From: Dicyema japonicum | Taxonomy: Eukaryota; Animalia; Dicyemida | DNA: 64,000 nt | Assembly (NCBI GenBank): GCA_011109175.1 | Contig: RDEW01000058.1 | Span: 130,033 to 194,032 of the forward strand | Direction of reading: 5' to 3' | Shown: positions 13,731 through 25,939 of the stretch, in pieces | How positions within the stretch are numbered: the first letter of the stretch is position 1 | Layout of the letters: the number at the start of each line of letters is the position of its first letter | Made by a program: the position numbers and the translations under genes | The notes under the pieces: generated by a model | Databases searched by the model: none | The model's input: the letters and a program-made list of their open reading frames with translations, nothing else | Told to the model about the DNA's origin: nothing

Positions 13731-16700
13731 ACGTCCATTACATGCAGTTGTGGAAACCCCTCCAGTGGAGTGGGGAAGAGCAAATGATACTTTTTCGTGC
13801 TGCCCTGGAACTGGGCGTCACCTAGACAGGTGGATCACATGACGCCACTTTAATAGGAAGAGAGAGGAGGAACAAACCAGCAAGCAGAAACTTCATCAAT
13901 TAACCACGCAGCACAAGATGACGCCACGCGGCTAATTTCAGGTCCCTACAGAGCCATAATTACAAGAATGCAAAAATTACAAGAGTAAGAAAAATTCTCC
14001 TACAATTACTATATTAATTATATTATAAATTATTATATAAAATAAAATTTATATTTGGCGAACCTTGTTAAATTAAGTTTAATTTTAAATATGTTAATTA
14101 ATGAAGCATTTATTCATTTTGTTAGTTTGTTCACATTCAATTATCACTGAAAGTTGTAGTGATGCAGGAGTGGACGGAGCTGGATACTTGTAGTATTTAA
14201 AATTTTTCATATCACAGAGAATGGTATAACTGTGATTACGATGCTAATTATTATACAAAGTACAGATCACGGATAGAGAAGCTTAGAGTGCGAGACATAA
14301 ATATCCCTTCAAGGGAGAGCTTTGAAATTAGGAAGATGAACTTGGCACAATTGTATTAGTGTATTATTCACTTACAGTGGCTGCAATGCTGACAATAGCA
14401 TCGAAACGATTGTTTCCAATGCTTTTCCGATCATTATAGAATTAAGTGTATTTTATATTTGAAATCGACAGAAACTTTATAAATTGTCACGCACTAAGGT
14501 ACATAGAAATCGATTTCGCTACATCATTAACAAGTCTTCTATCTATGTGAGTTTATTATTAATTTATAGTGTTTTTCGCCATTCTTCAATAATACAATCA
14601 TTTACTATTGTATCTACTGAAGTTAAGTTATATCAGTATTTTCAATGTTAAATTAGTATCCGTGCATTGTGCATTGATGCATTTAAGATCCCAAAAGCGT
14701 ATGAAGTTACATTTAGCTTAGATATAAACCTGAAATGTATTATATTAATATGGACAGATCGGGCAAATTGTAGTTGTTTGATATTAATGTGATTAGGACA
14801 TTGAACGTATCAGCATATCGTACGGGTAATTATTATTGTCAAATCAGAGTGTAGTCCATTAAGAGACTCACAAAATGTGTATGGATTCTGCAGATAGTTA
14901 ATTAATGAAACATGATTAGGGAATAAATGGATTTTTTTAAAGATAATATTTTATCATTATTGAGCACTCTCGCCCTATGGCGTACATGCCCTTGCCCCTG
15001 TCATAGGCAAACTCACGTATTCCATCTAGATCGCCGTGGTGATCCCCGTTTATTAATTAAATATTTTAACTTAACATTATTATTTATTCAAATTATTTCT
15101 ATTTAATTCATTTATTCATTTTTTATAATTCACTTCCTCATTGCTCTTAATATTAATCAAACCTTTCAAATCTCTATTCCAAAAACACTGTTAAACCGAA
15201 AAACAAACTGCGACCCTGACAAATTTAATCAGGCACTCAGCTCGTTGGGATCTGGATGATCACGTTGGATTGGGCTCCCTCCGTTTTTCCTTCGAATTAG
15301 GATCTCCAAGGGTGTCTGCATCATGTTCTTTATGGGATCATACTCTAGAAAAAACAGCACTATCAAAGCTGACGTGATAAGTTTTTTTTGCACTGTTGAA
15401 GAATTAATTACTGACACCAATTTTGATGTGATCCAAACTGTTTAAGGGAATGAATAAGTTTAATTTCAAAAGGTTTTACTTTTCAACGGAATTGAAGGAC
15501 CTTCTGGTCCTGAACGACTTGCATTCACATACGAGAGTTTTTCTACCACTAGGAGACTCACATACTTTTCCTGATCTCCCTCTCTGTTGTTCTGAACTTT
15601 CACTCTGACCTGGTGGTGTCCATATATGATTTCTTATCAGATCGCAGCCATATTTTCTTGTAAAATAAACCTTATAAGAGTTTGTAGCTACCATCTGAAG
15701 AATCTCGTCTTAAAGAGGCTTGAGACTCTCATGGAAATATTCGCTGCTTTCTAAACTGCAAATTTTTCCTTTCTTGTAAAACACAAAAATTTGTAAAGTC
15801 CTTGATCTATCCGTACAGAAAAACCTAAAAAACAATTGCATTAACCAGTCTGCATTTGGTCCTTAAGCTGCTTTGTACTCGGAGAAGAAAATCCCTACTG
15901 CTCAGTCAGCACAGGCTGGGGCCCTTGCTCCGGAAGAGATCACGGTGGTGTCCTTGGTTCACGGTTTTGCAGGACAAACGGAAAAGTGGTTTAATTCTCG
16001 GAAAGGACGAAAGAACGGAGACTGATAAGAAACGGGAACGAAAGAAAAAGAAAACTTTGCAGCGTCACAGGTTCAAGAAACCCGGTAAAGTGGAAACTGG
16101 CAAGCGTGAGAAGTCTCTCGTTGAGAAGGGAACTGATAAGACTTTAACTCAGCCTGATGCTGTCGTCTACTGTTTGACTGTTTATATTTAAGATGTTTTC
16201 TTGGCTAAATGTAACGTTTGAGGACATCGGATCTGTCAGCAGTGTGTTCGATTCCGAAAGATTGACTTTTTAGGGATAGTCAATTTTCGTCGAACAGATC
16301 CCATTCGTGAGGTTAAAAGTCCGGTTCCCAAGTGAAGTATCCAGATTTACAGCAACGAGATTCCACTAGTCTTTCCATCAAATCTGACTTAATACATGAG
16401 TCCCTATAGACTAGTGGTTCCCAACCTTTAGGTGCTCGCGGAACCCTTCCAATTCAATTATTACAATTTTCACTTAAAACATAATCGTAATAACCAAAAA
16501 CAAATTTAATGTGAACATTAACTTTTTATTATAGTTGTGTAAGTTAGGAGTTATTTTTGACAACTGTATACTCATCTCAGGGAGAATTTGGTAGATGTAT
16601 ATATTGAAAACCCGACTCGCATAAGTAACGATGGAAAAGGCCAAATTGAGAATTGGCCAATTAGAGGGACTTTACTGTATCTGCTCACAAAAAATCAAAA

Positions 16701-16774
16701 AGGGATTCATTATATATATCTGATTTGACGTTGATTCTGATGTCAAATAAATAATATGTTCATATTAAATTGAT

Positions 16775-18100
16775 GTTAGATTTGCTGGTGCTACTTAACT
16801 TGGAATGGATTTTGTACCCAATCGTCATCATCACTTACGGGGAGGAATTTGGATTCACGACGTTGTGGGGTCCTTTATTAATTTACAAGCGGGAGTCATC
16901 CGATTTACTAAGTACGGTGGATGATCGGGATTTACTCAAAATAGGGAAAGATTTAGGACTGGGATCGAAAATCCACACAAACTAGATCTGTGCTCTTTTT
17001 AGCCGCCATGACCCTAAAGGTTTTGCTTCTTATATACTTTAGGGATGTAAACTCTCCACCAACTTTGGCAGAGAGAATTTTATAGCGGTTAATTTGGTTG
17101 CTAATTTTAAGACTTTTCCAAGCGCTGTTTTTCTGCAGAGGTTCAAGATAGGTTTATTTTAAAATATTGAACATTGTAGATCGACGGAAACCTTGAAAGA
17201 TGTGATTACAAGAACACATTCTACCTGGGACGAGGATAATAACCGATGGCCTATAAAATATAGGACACTCAAATACAACATTACCCTTGGCTGACATTCA
17301 GTAGTTTTACCATTTTTCAGTTTAGCTGTTTATTGTTCACTGGTGGGACCAGCATTGAAACTCAGACTGATCAGATTCATCAAAATAAAAGAAGTGGTAC
17401 ATCTCACGTACCTTTGACTTTACTTGTCCTAGAAGAAAGTTCCCAAGCCATAAAACTACTCAAAGGAGAGTATGTCGTTATAACGATTCAGAGACTCAAT
17501 ATCGACAGGGCTATCATATTTTTCCATACGAAACTGGACTGCGATAATCTTAACAGCCATTTTTAGAAAGTTTGCAACTGTTCCCTGTAACTTGTATTCC
17601 AGCTTCCCCGAGAAGGGCAAATCGTTCTCTTCGCTTCCGTTTCACTCCGGCCAAAGCCAGAGAAATGAAAATTTGAGTTCATTCAAAGTAGGTGTGGCTT
17701 ATTCCCATAATGGCTTTGTAAATATCCTCATATCAACTGACGTCGCCTGCAGAGGCATTCACATCAGTCAGCTGCCCTTTGGTAGTTTAGTATTTCACGT
17801 TCAGTAATCAATATGACTCTGATGATCCATTAAATTACATCCAACGCATTGGCTGTACTGGAAGAGTTGATGGGTTGTCCGTACTTCCCTAGTGCTTAGA
17901 ATGGACCTTGCCATCTCCTCGTTTCTAAATACCTTGAAAAGGTATTTTGGTGGATTCTATTATACTTAGGTGTGGTATCATTCAAACTGACGTGGTGGAC
18001 GGGGTACCCCTTGCTATAATACTAACCTCGTCTCGAATGGGGGATGTTGTATTTGTACAATGAATTTGAGGTTTGAATTTGTTATCATTTGACTGACTAT
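16775..18100 (+). pseudogene. DDX1: DDX1 pseudogene, second copy lacking the last exon
   Basis: Same DDX1 peptides and the same TAG (17564-17566) as copy 1. The sequence after GGCCI-YNE is deleted. Confidence 0.8.
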
Positions 18101-18349
18101 TTGCAGTTGTTGAGAGAAATAGGCTACTTTTTTTAGCTGTGGTTCTAAAATGGGGGTAAAAAATGTCTTTTGACATTAATAAAATTAGAGACTACGAGAA
18201 ACCTGTCCCTGAGTTGTAAAAGTCAAAAAATAATTTAAAATAAAGTGCTAATATTTTTGGTTTGAATAAGAGTTGAGAGCACGTGGAATTCGTTCCCATA
18301 TTAGAAGATGTAAAAAAACAATGATCTAAATAATGTCAATAAATATCGT

Positions 18350-18750
18350 GCAACCAGAGAACTAACAACAAAGTAATCTTACTCCACTTCCTGCACCATA
18401 ACCAAGCTTTAATAGTCCAATCAGATTTTCTTCTTCATTAGTCCATACAGGCGTTTTTCAACCTTTTGTAGGTCGCTGTTGAGACCATCGGGTGTCTTCA
18501 TCGGTCGTCCACGAAATCGAGGAGTGTCAGAGGCGAGAAGTTCTTTATGGCCGCATTAGCTGGGGTACCTAGGTCCATTTTCAAAAGGTGTCCAAAGAGC
18601 CTCCATCTATCTTCCGTGATTTCAATAGAGGTATCCCCAGTTCTGTTCGATATTCTGGAGCACCCTCAGAACGATATCTTTTACCTCAATTGCGTTCGGT
18701 ATAAAAGTCAAACTTTCTTAAACGGTCTCTAGCAAGTCTTGGTACTCGCG
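18350..18750 (-). mobile_element. LINE family B 3' remnant (duplicated)
   Basis: Duplicate of 5400-5790. Confidence 0.65.
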
Positions 18751-18854
18751 TAGAAAAAGTTTATTTCAAGTTTTTTCTTATAGAAAATATTTTTTTTTAT
18801 AAAAAATCATTGACTTAATTAAATTAGTAAATTTGAAATTTAAATTTACGTATA

Positions 18855-20723
18855 ATGCAATGTGGTGAGGATGAATCAAAAGCGTTAAATCAAGCCTTCT
18901 ATGATGTCCCTATAAGAGTCATATGTGGCATTAAATCCTTAGATAGTCGTTGGAGTGATTTCTTCGATTCTAAACGCATTCACGTTGAGATTCATGTCAA
19001 TTCCCTTAATTGGAGCACGTGCAAGGTAAAAAATGTTTTATGACAGAGACTTTTACTACTCCACGGATCAATCACGAATCTAAGTTTGGATCCGATTCTC
19101 AAAACGTGCTGTGGGATCAGCATCACGGACACTCAAAGTTTCATAAACACTATTTGGTCCTTGTAAGCCAAATTTGACCCACTGAAGCACTCCTTTGTCA
19201 TTTTTAATTGCCTCGATTGTAGCCGTTCTGTGGCTCTTCTTCATTGAGACCGACTCTACCATTTGGACGGGGGATTACAAAGATGCTGTATTTTGGATAA
19301 TTTGTGCTTCAATTTCCCAATCCTTGACTTACCCGTTCGTTATTATTGCCAATGTGTACTGGCTGAGCAACCTTAAAGTACTGCTTTGGGAGACTTAGGT
19401 TTCCGTCGATGCTCTCGCTAATTTAAGTTATTCCCTTTCGTCTTTCCTGATTTTATACCTTCGCTGGGAAACCGGGCTCATGGCGTTCGTCTATGCACGT
19501 GTAATTCTGGTGTAAGTAGATTAGGGAGTTTACCTTTCTGTTATTTTTCTGCTGTATTTTCTGATGATTTTTAAAGAAATGGCGAAAAATGGCATCATGG
19601 CTACTCCCTTCCCTACTGTTCTGTCCTTGCCATCCGGGGGGCACGTCAAATTGATTGGAACCTTCGCTCAGCAGTCCTTAATTAAGCAGATTTTGGGAGA
19701 AGCAGAAAAATATATTCTTGCGATTATGAATTTGATCGAAACTGCCGGTTTGAATTTGAATTTAAAATTTTATTTATTTTTTAAATAATTTTTAATATTT
19801 TTATTGTTATTTTAAAATTAGGACTGTATGACGTTGTCAGCAGCCTTGGATCGATTGTAGTCCGCTATGTGTTCCTCCCTATTGAAGAATCTGCTTATGT
19901 TTTTTTTGCCAAATCATTAGCACGTGGGAAGTCTTGTTCTCAGCAAGTTTGCATATTCTTTATTTAGCATAAAAACCTTGGTGGGGACAAAACTGTGCTG
20001 TTTTTAGCTCAGACGCTAAAACTGCTTACTCTCGTTGGAATTACCATCGCTATCTTCGGTCAGTCCTATTCCCACATTTTGCTGCATATATACGGGGGAG
20101 GTCATCTCAGTGCTTCTGTAACGAGTATGGGCTATCTTTGAAGTAAAGACCTACTGAGACTTTACTCCGTTTATGTCTTATTTCTCGCTGTTAACGGAAT
20201 CACGGAATCCTTCTTTCTCTCCACGGCTTCTGTATCTGAGATCAAAAGGTTGGCGTGGTGATCTACTAGGAACGACATTCGCCTCATAATTTTGTTTTGC
20301 CTGCACGTGTTACTCGTTTTCGTTCTTACTCGGTCACTTTCAGCTTCTTCTGCCTTAATAATCGCCAACTCGGTGACCATTCTTGTTCGGTTCGCTTTCA
20401 GGTGCTGTCGGGTTAATTTCAGTTTCACTTATATTTGTTCCTTCTATGAAAATTCTAGTTTTTGCAGGAAGGCTGCCCTGAGTTGGTCCTCATTGTGTGC
20501 TTTTGGCGTTACATTTTTGGTTTGCAGATTTTCTGAGGTGGTTGTGTGTAGTTTTAGGCAGAAATGTATTTATAGGCCGTTCACTTACGAATTGATCTGG
20601 CCTGCTTTGGTTCACCTGTTCATTGGGGGATCCATGCTCTTGGTTTTAGTGCTGACTATTCTCAACTTCGAGTCGGACGTATTCCGCTACTTTCGCAGGG
20701 CTATGAGTGAGAAGAGTGACTGA
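18855..20723 (+). CDS. RFT1: RFT1, putatively intact, 11 exons, 529 aa
   Basis: Manual splicing gives an open frame with introns at 18918-18942, 19026-19048, 19163-19187, 19378-19398, 19501-19524, 19748-19821, 19947-19967, 20125-20148, 20249-20269 and 20402-20422. It contains ILNAFTLRF, QQSLIKQILGEAEKY, LYDVVSSLGSIVVRYVFLPIEESAY and VLFLAVNGITESF, which are typical of RFT1. Caveat: intron 2 needs a GAG acceptor. Confidence 0.8.
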
Positions 20724-21049
20724 TGTTATCAAATTTTTTTAAATTTCTGATGTTATTTTTTGTCACAAAATTTAGCATTAAAATGGAATTTTACAAAAAA
20801 TTCGAGAATTAGCTGGTCCCCGACTTAGAAGTTATCAGAAAAGTAATAATTTAAAATGAACTGTATTTTATAGCTCCGCATAGGCAGGACACACACTTTA
20901 TTTATTTAAGTAAAGAACAGTTAATTTTAACTAATCGTAGAACCAAGGAATTATCTTTACTTCTTTTTTTTCTTTTTCTTGTGTGAGTGTCCTTTCTAGA
21001 CCAATCAAGTTCCGCAGTGAGTATTCACTGATGACGGCGTCACTCGTTT

Positions 21050-23380
21050 ATCTGAAATGTAAAATTATTATTACTCAACGGGATTCCCAACTTTGACCGT
21101 GATTTGGGTTTTCTGGTGTTTTTCTGCATTCTGGATATTATCATACAAATACTATATTGGGGATTCCTCCATCACAAACTTTTCGTCTTTATCAATTTTG
21201 ACAAACGCTTGATTATTTGAGAGTAACTGGACTAATAATATTCCACAGTCTCCACTTATTGAATAATCAACCTAATTGATCCACCATCACTGCATGTAAT
21301 AAAGATATCATTAATAATCTTAATAGAATTAATCCCCCCTATGACATTGCCAGTACTCCCACTCAATATCATCAATGATTATATCTGCAAGCAAATTAAC
21401 CCTCAGTTTGATTATATAACCATCTACAGGGAGGTTTTACGATTACCTTTATTCCCAACTAACAGAATGCATAGACGAGGGCAATAAGCCAGACTGGTTA
21501 CACACGTTATTTTATTCAAATTTGGCGTTATATCTAATGTTTCGTTTTTCTATATAACGGAGAACACTACCGTGACATCCAAAAAAGGAATGCTTCCGTT
21601 TGGGCAATAACTACAGAAAAATCAAAAGGAATAATCTCCTTCGTTTACGTATAATCTAAAATTCAAATATTAAGGAACAGATCCCAGTTTGATTGGTGGA
21701 ATACTTTGGGATCTACTAGAAATTATATTTTTAAACCAAACTGATACACATTTTCAACGAGCAGGAGTTTTGACATTTTTGATGTGAAAAATGATTTGCT
21801 GTATTCAACCCTAATGCTTACATATTGCGGACTTTCTCGAGGAGGTTCAAACTGTATATTTCAATTTCACTGTTGGTTAACCCAACTGTAATATATTTTC
21901 TAGCAAAAATCGCAATGTTGGCTTTTCAGTGGAATTGCTCAGCTGATGTGACTTTAGTAGTAGTAAATCGAGAGATTTTTGGTTGTTCTACCAAACTGTG
22001 TTTAAGAAAGTACATTCAAAAATTGGATGGACTTATTTTCGTTGAAAGTCAAAATAGTGGGGACATTTTTTATTAGATATGATTTTATCCCCAATATTTT
22101 CTGTGAGATTTTATTGTTTGGAGAGTATTCTTTGATCTTGGATTTCAATCCCAAATCCCACATTTCAAGAGTTCCTGATGATAAAACAAAATTGAAACCA
22201 TTTTGATAGCCAAATGTCACACAGAAAGTGCTTGGGTCAAACTCGTAGGCTGAGATGAGATTGGAGTTGCCAATATGGATTTCATTGGTCTTTTCCATGT
22301 TCACAACATCCCAAATCTTGTAAATCAAAATTCTTACGTTAATGTGAGAATCCCGATCGTATGAAAGCAGTTGATTGGTCCTCGTGTCGAAAATCATCTA
22401 CAGTCACTTTATACATACATCAATGATCTGAAACTGATGTGATTGTAATATTGTGTAAAGGCTCTTTGGACACTTTTTGAAAATGGACCAATGTACCCCA
22501 GCTAATGCGGCCATAGAGGACTTCTTCGCCTCTGACACTCCTCGATTCCGTGGACTACCGAGGACCACACTGGATAGTCTCGATCGAAACACAATTTATT
22601 GGCTTTTCAGTATAAAAGTTTTGTAGATCCTTGAATTAGTAACTGACAAAACCGGCGATGACTTCTGACTCTGTGAGACACACACAATGCAGAAATCCAA
22701 ACGTTTTGGCCTTAATTTGCTGGAAGTGTTACACCATTTGTAACCTCAACGAAAGTATACGACGACAAATCCCTATATAAATGAATCCCTCCGTCGAACG
22801 ACTTGCGAGACTTTTATTACAGCACTTCAAGTCAATAATTAAAGTTTTGTGACCAAATAGTTTGTCTATAATAAAACCACGTGCAACTTTGCTTGGTGTT
22901 TAAATTCTGAATTAAAAATGCGAATAGTTTTGTCTTTGCATCCAATGGAGTCCACTGTTAACCTCACTACAACGAATATCCTTATATACAGTATTTTTAG
23001 GCCTAAAGTACAATATCTAAGAAATACGTTAGAATGTGGCTATCTCCCCCGTGTCAAATTTGTCGAGGGCTATTGAATCGTTTTCAAAATTTTCAAAAAT
23101 CTGATAAAGTTTACCCGACAACCTCAGTCCAGTAGAATTCACACTCGGGTTTTGCGCAAATCTTTAAAAAACAGCTCCGAACAGCCCGATTGTTTAAATC
23201 GTCTTGAAAGATGGAGTTGACTGCTATCTTAAAATAGTCAAATTTCACATTTTCTTAATTCACCAACAAAATTACCAGTAAAAATTTTCCGTTTTTGTAA
23301 AATCGTTGCATCGAAATTTAACAATGAATGTTATCAAAGAACTCTTAAAATTTTTAATTTGATTTTAAAGTCACACTCAG
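21050..23380 (-). pseudogene. WD40-repeat protein pseudogene
   Basis: Reads GCKDKTIRIFN, KLFGHKTLIIDLKCC.SLASRSTEGFIYI, LIYKIWDVVN and SGTLEMWDL. It has stops and is interrupted by a LINE fragment at 22455-22590. Orthology not determined. Confidence 0.55.
22455..22590 (+). mobile_element. LINE family B fragment inserted in the WD40 pseudogene
   Basis: Reads LFGHFLKMDQCTPANAAIEDFFASDTPRFRGLPRTTLDSLDRN. Confidence 0.7.
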
Positions 23381-23435
23381 TCATATGGTTTATCCTTTCA
23401 ATATAATACTATGTCGCGAGCGCGAAGCACACATA

Positions 23436-24808
23436 TGTCACATGGGCCAAGCGTTACCTATGGGCAGCCTGTTACATTAACCTTGAACCAAGATTAACTT
23501 CAATTAATTTTATAAATGATTTAATAACCACAAAAAATTAAATTTAAGTAACTTTTTTTAGTCTACTCATTAATACAGTCGATATTTCTCCTTTCGATTT
23601 TTATCTATCAAATTAAACTAATTAAAAACTACCTCCACGCGATTATTCGATAAAATATTAATTATTTCTGCAACTGGATAATACTGAGACTCAAACTTAT
23701 CCAGTCGCAATGAGGGATTTGTTCCAAAGTCCTTTTTAGCCCGAACCTATTTATTAATGTTTTTAATTTCATACTTTATCTCCCATGTTAAAAGTATATT
23801 TACTATTATGAACATTCTCTTTCCTGTTCATAGCTTTGTAATAATTCGAATTTTCTTCAATCTATTTAATTTCAAAATTGAATCTCTTCGCATTCGGACA
23901 CAAATTATCTGACTGGGAGTTATCTAGATATAAATTTTTTTAATCAAACTATCTTAAGTTTTCAAATACTTCTTTACCAGACTTATTATAGAGTGGTCGT
24001 ACAAAAGCGAATCTATAAATTAAAAAAAACCAACATACTATATATGTCAATGACCGTTAAAATCCATTTGAAATTTTCATTTAATGTTGAAATTTTTTTC
24101 AGGTCTATTAGATCTACCTGAAAACGTTCATTTGGCGAAGAAGCAAACACATGGTGATTTATATCTCCAATCTACAGTTATAAAAAATCACGAACTTTTG
24201 AAGGACGCGAAAATTTGCAGACTTCACAATTTCGAATGACTTTTCTGATAATCTCATTCTTTACAGTGAAGTATCTTTGTCGACATTTATACTCAATTTT
24301 ATTGACTCCTCCGTGTGAAAACTCGTGCAACGATTTCGCAACATGCTCCATTTCGGTTTCATTATCAGGGATATGACTAACTTGGAATCAGTTGATTTAA
24401 GATACAGTCTAAAATTATTGCAAATTTACAATACCCTGATAATGGAAAAATTCTCTATGTTCTTCTTTAAAGCCTATATTTTCGGTGCCTAGGAAGATTT
24501 TCGGGAAAATTTATCATGCAAAGCATCTTTTAAAGTTTGATATTCAACGCAATCTTTCACAAAACCCTTGTAAGAAGCCATTGCAACAAAATAATCTTCC
24601 ATGCTAATCACGCTAGAAATCTAGGTTTACCGCTATAAAAAAATAAAATCATTATAATCATAATATTTATGAATAAAAAACTAATTTAAAAAGATTAAAT
24701 CACGATATAAATCGGATATACAAAATTAAATGTCGGATAATTAAAAGACCTTTTCAAGGTCGAAAAAATGTAACAGGCTGCCCATGCGTTACGCGCCGCC
24801 ATGTGACA
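23436..24808 (-). mobile_element. Ginger2/TDD-like DNA transposon (Gypsy-type integrase between TIRs), decayed
   Basis: Imperfect TIRs of 42-43 bp (23436-23478 and 24767-24808) with TGT...ACA ends. The internal minus-strand remnant reads LHEFSHGGVNK..CEVC (HHCC zinc finger) and SPNERFQVDLIDL..KWILTVIDIYS..FAFVRPLYNKSGKEV (integrase core). No TSD seen. Confidence 0.75.
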
Positions 24809-24829
24809 GAATATCTATTAAATGCAGGC

Positions 24830-25720
24830 CTCATTGCGTAGCTGTTCCCTCACAGAATTGCCAGCGAATTTCGCTCAAACAGCCAGCGCTGTTCGCGAGA
24901 TCTCCAGTGCTTGAGGTTTTCCGGTTTCCAAGACGTCCGAAAAACTAGATTGTAGAGGGGAGTAGGATCTGGAAGTCTCCATAGCAATGGGAACAAATTT
25001 GAGATTATCAGGAAGGTCGGACGTATTTTTTCGAGTTTGACCTTCTCCGCCTTGACGGCTGCAGAGCAGGCCTTAAAACGCACTCGTGAAGATTGTTCGG
25101 AACGATCATGTCTGTACATGTCACGACCCAAACAAGTGGTTTCCCGGTATCGATGGGAAATATGGTTATCCCGTCCGGTCGTTTCCCTTCACTTCTGCAT
25201 AACCCGACCGGTTCAAGAATGACCGAGTATCCAGCAGCATCCATAGCTTGCTTGACAATCTCATTCAGAGCCTTGTGCTTTGGAGATCTGCCAGTGCTCC
25301 TCTTGCAGGCGAGAGGGTGCAAACCATAGCAGTCTATCAAGATGCCAACATCGGCAAGGGTGAGTACACATACTTTTAGTCCCGGCCGCAGAGAGATACA
25401 ATTTCTAACGCATTCATCATCCAGAAGGTGCCCATGATTCCTTTGGGGATGGCGTTTAACGAAGCTCAGCTCTCAGTGGAAGCCCTGAAAGAAAACAAGC
25501 GCGTCGGTGTTGATTTGCTGATTCTAGTAGGAGTCCAAGTGATTTCCAACATAATAAATTGTCCAGGTTTCGCTGGCAGTCTTGTGAAAGAGGCAGGGGG
25601 AGGTTGGTGGCATTCCAGGCTTTTCGTGGGTGGATTATGTCTTGGTCAATTGAGAATTCGGGTAGGAATTGTATAATCCACCTGACCAAAGGTTTGCAGG
25701 TTGTGAGTGAAGACAGTGGC
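24830..25720 (-). mobile_element. 3' portion of a CRE-clade RLE non-LTR retrotransposon
   Basis: Reads GLHPLACKRSTGRSPKHKALNEIVK..EPVGLCRSEGKRPDGITIFP..GKPLVW.VTCTD and WLFERNSLAIL*GN, a CRE-type RLE domain with frameshifts. Confidence 0.8.
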
Positions 25721-25939
25721 AAAAAAGAACCTTTGTAAGACTCTCGTTGCTATCTCTTGGTAGGAGTTTATTTTCTTTAGATTTGTATAGGATAGGGTAG
25801 TGAACCCGATGCTGAACAGCAGTAGCCGATAAATGGTAGTATATTTTGGGTGTATAAATTATTTAATGTTGAATGGAAATAACTTTGCACTATCCCAGTA
25901 CCCTTTTTACAAAGTTTAGTTTTCTCTGAGAAATGCAAT

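Larger units (their letters stand above)
14617..21706. repeat. Segmental duplication, copy 2
   Basis: Colinear with 1109-8936; has an internal deletion near 18100 and a different segment at ~20865-21050. Confidence 0.95.
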
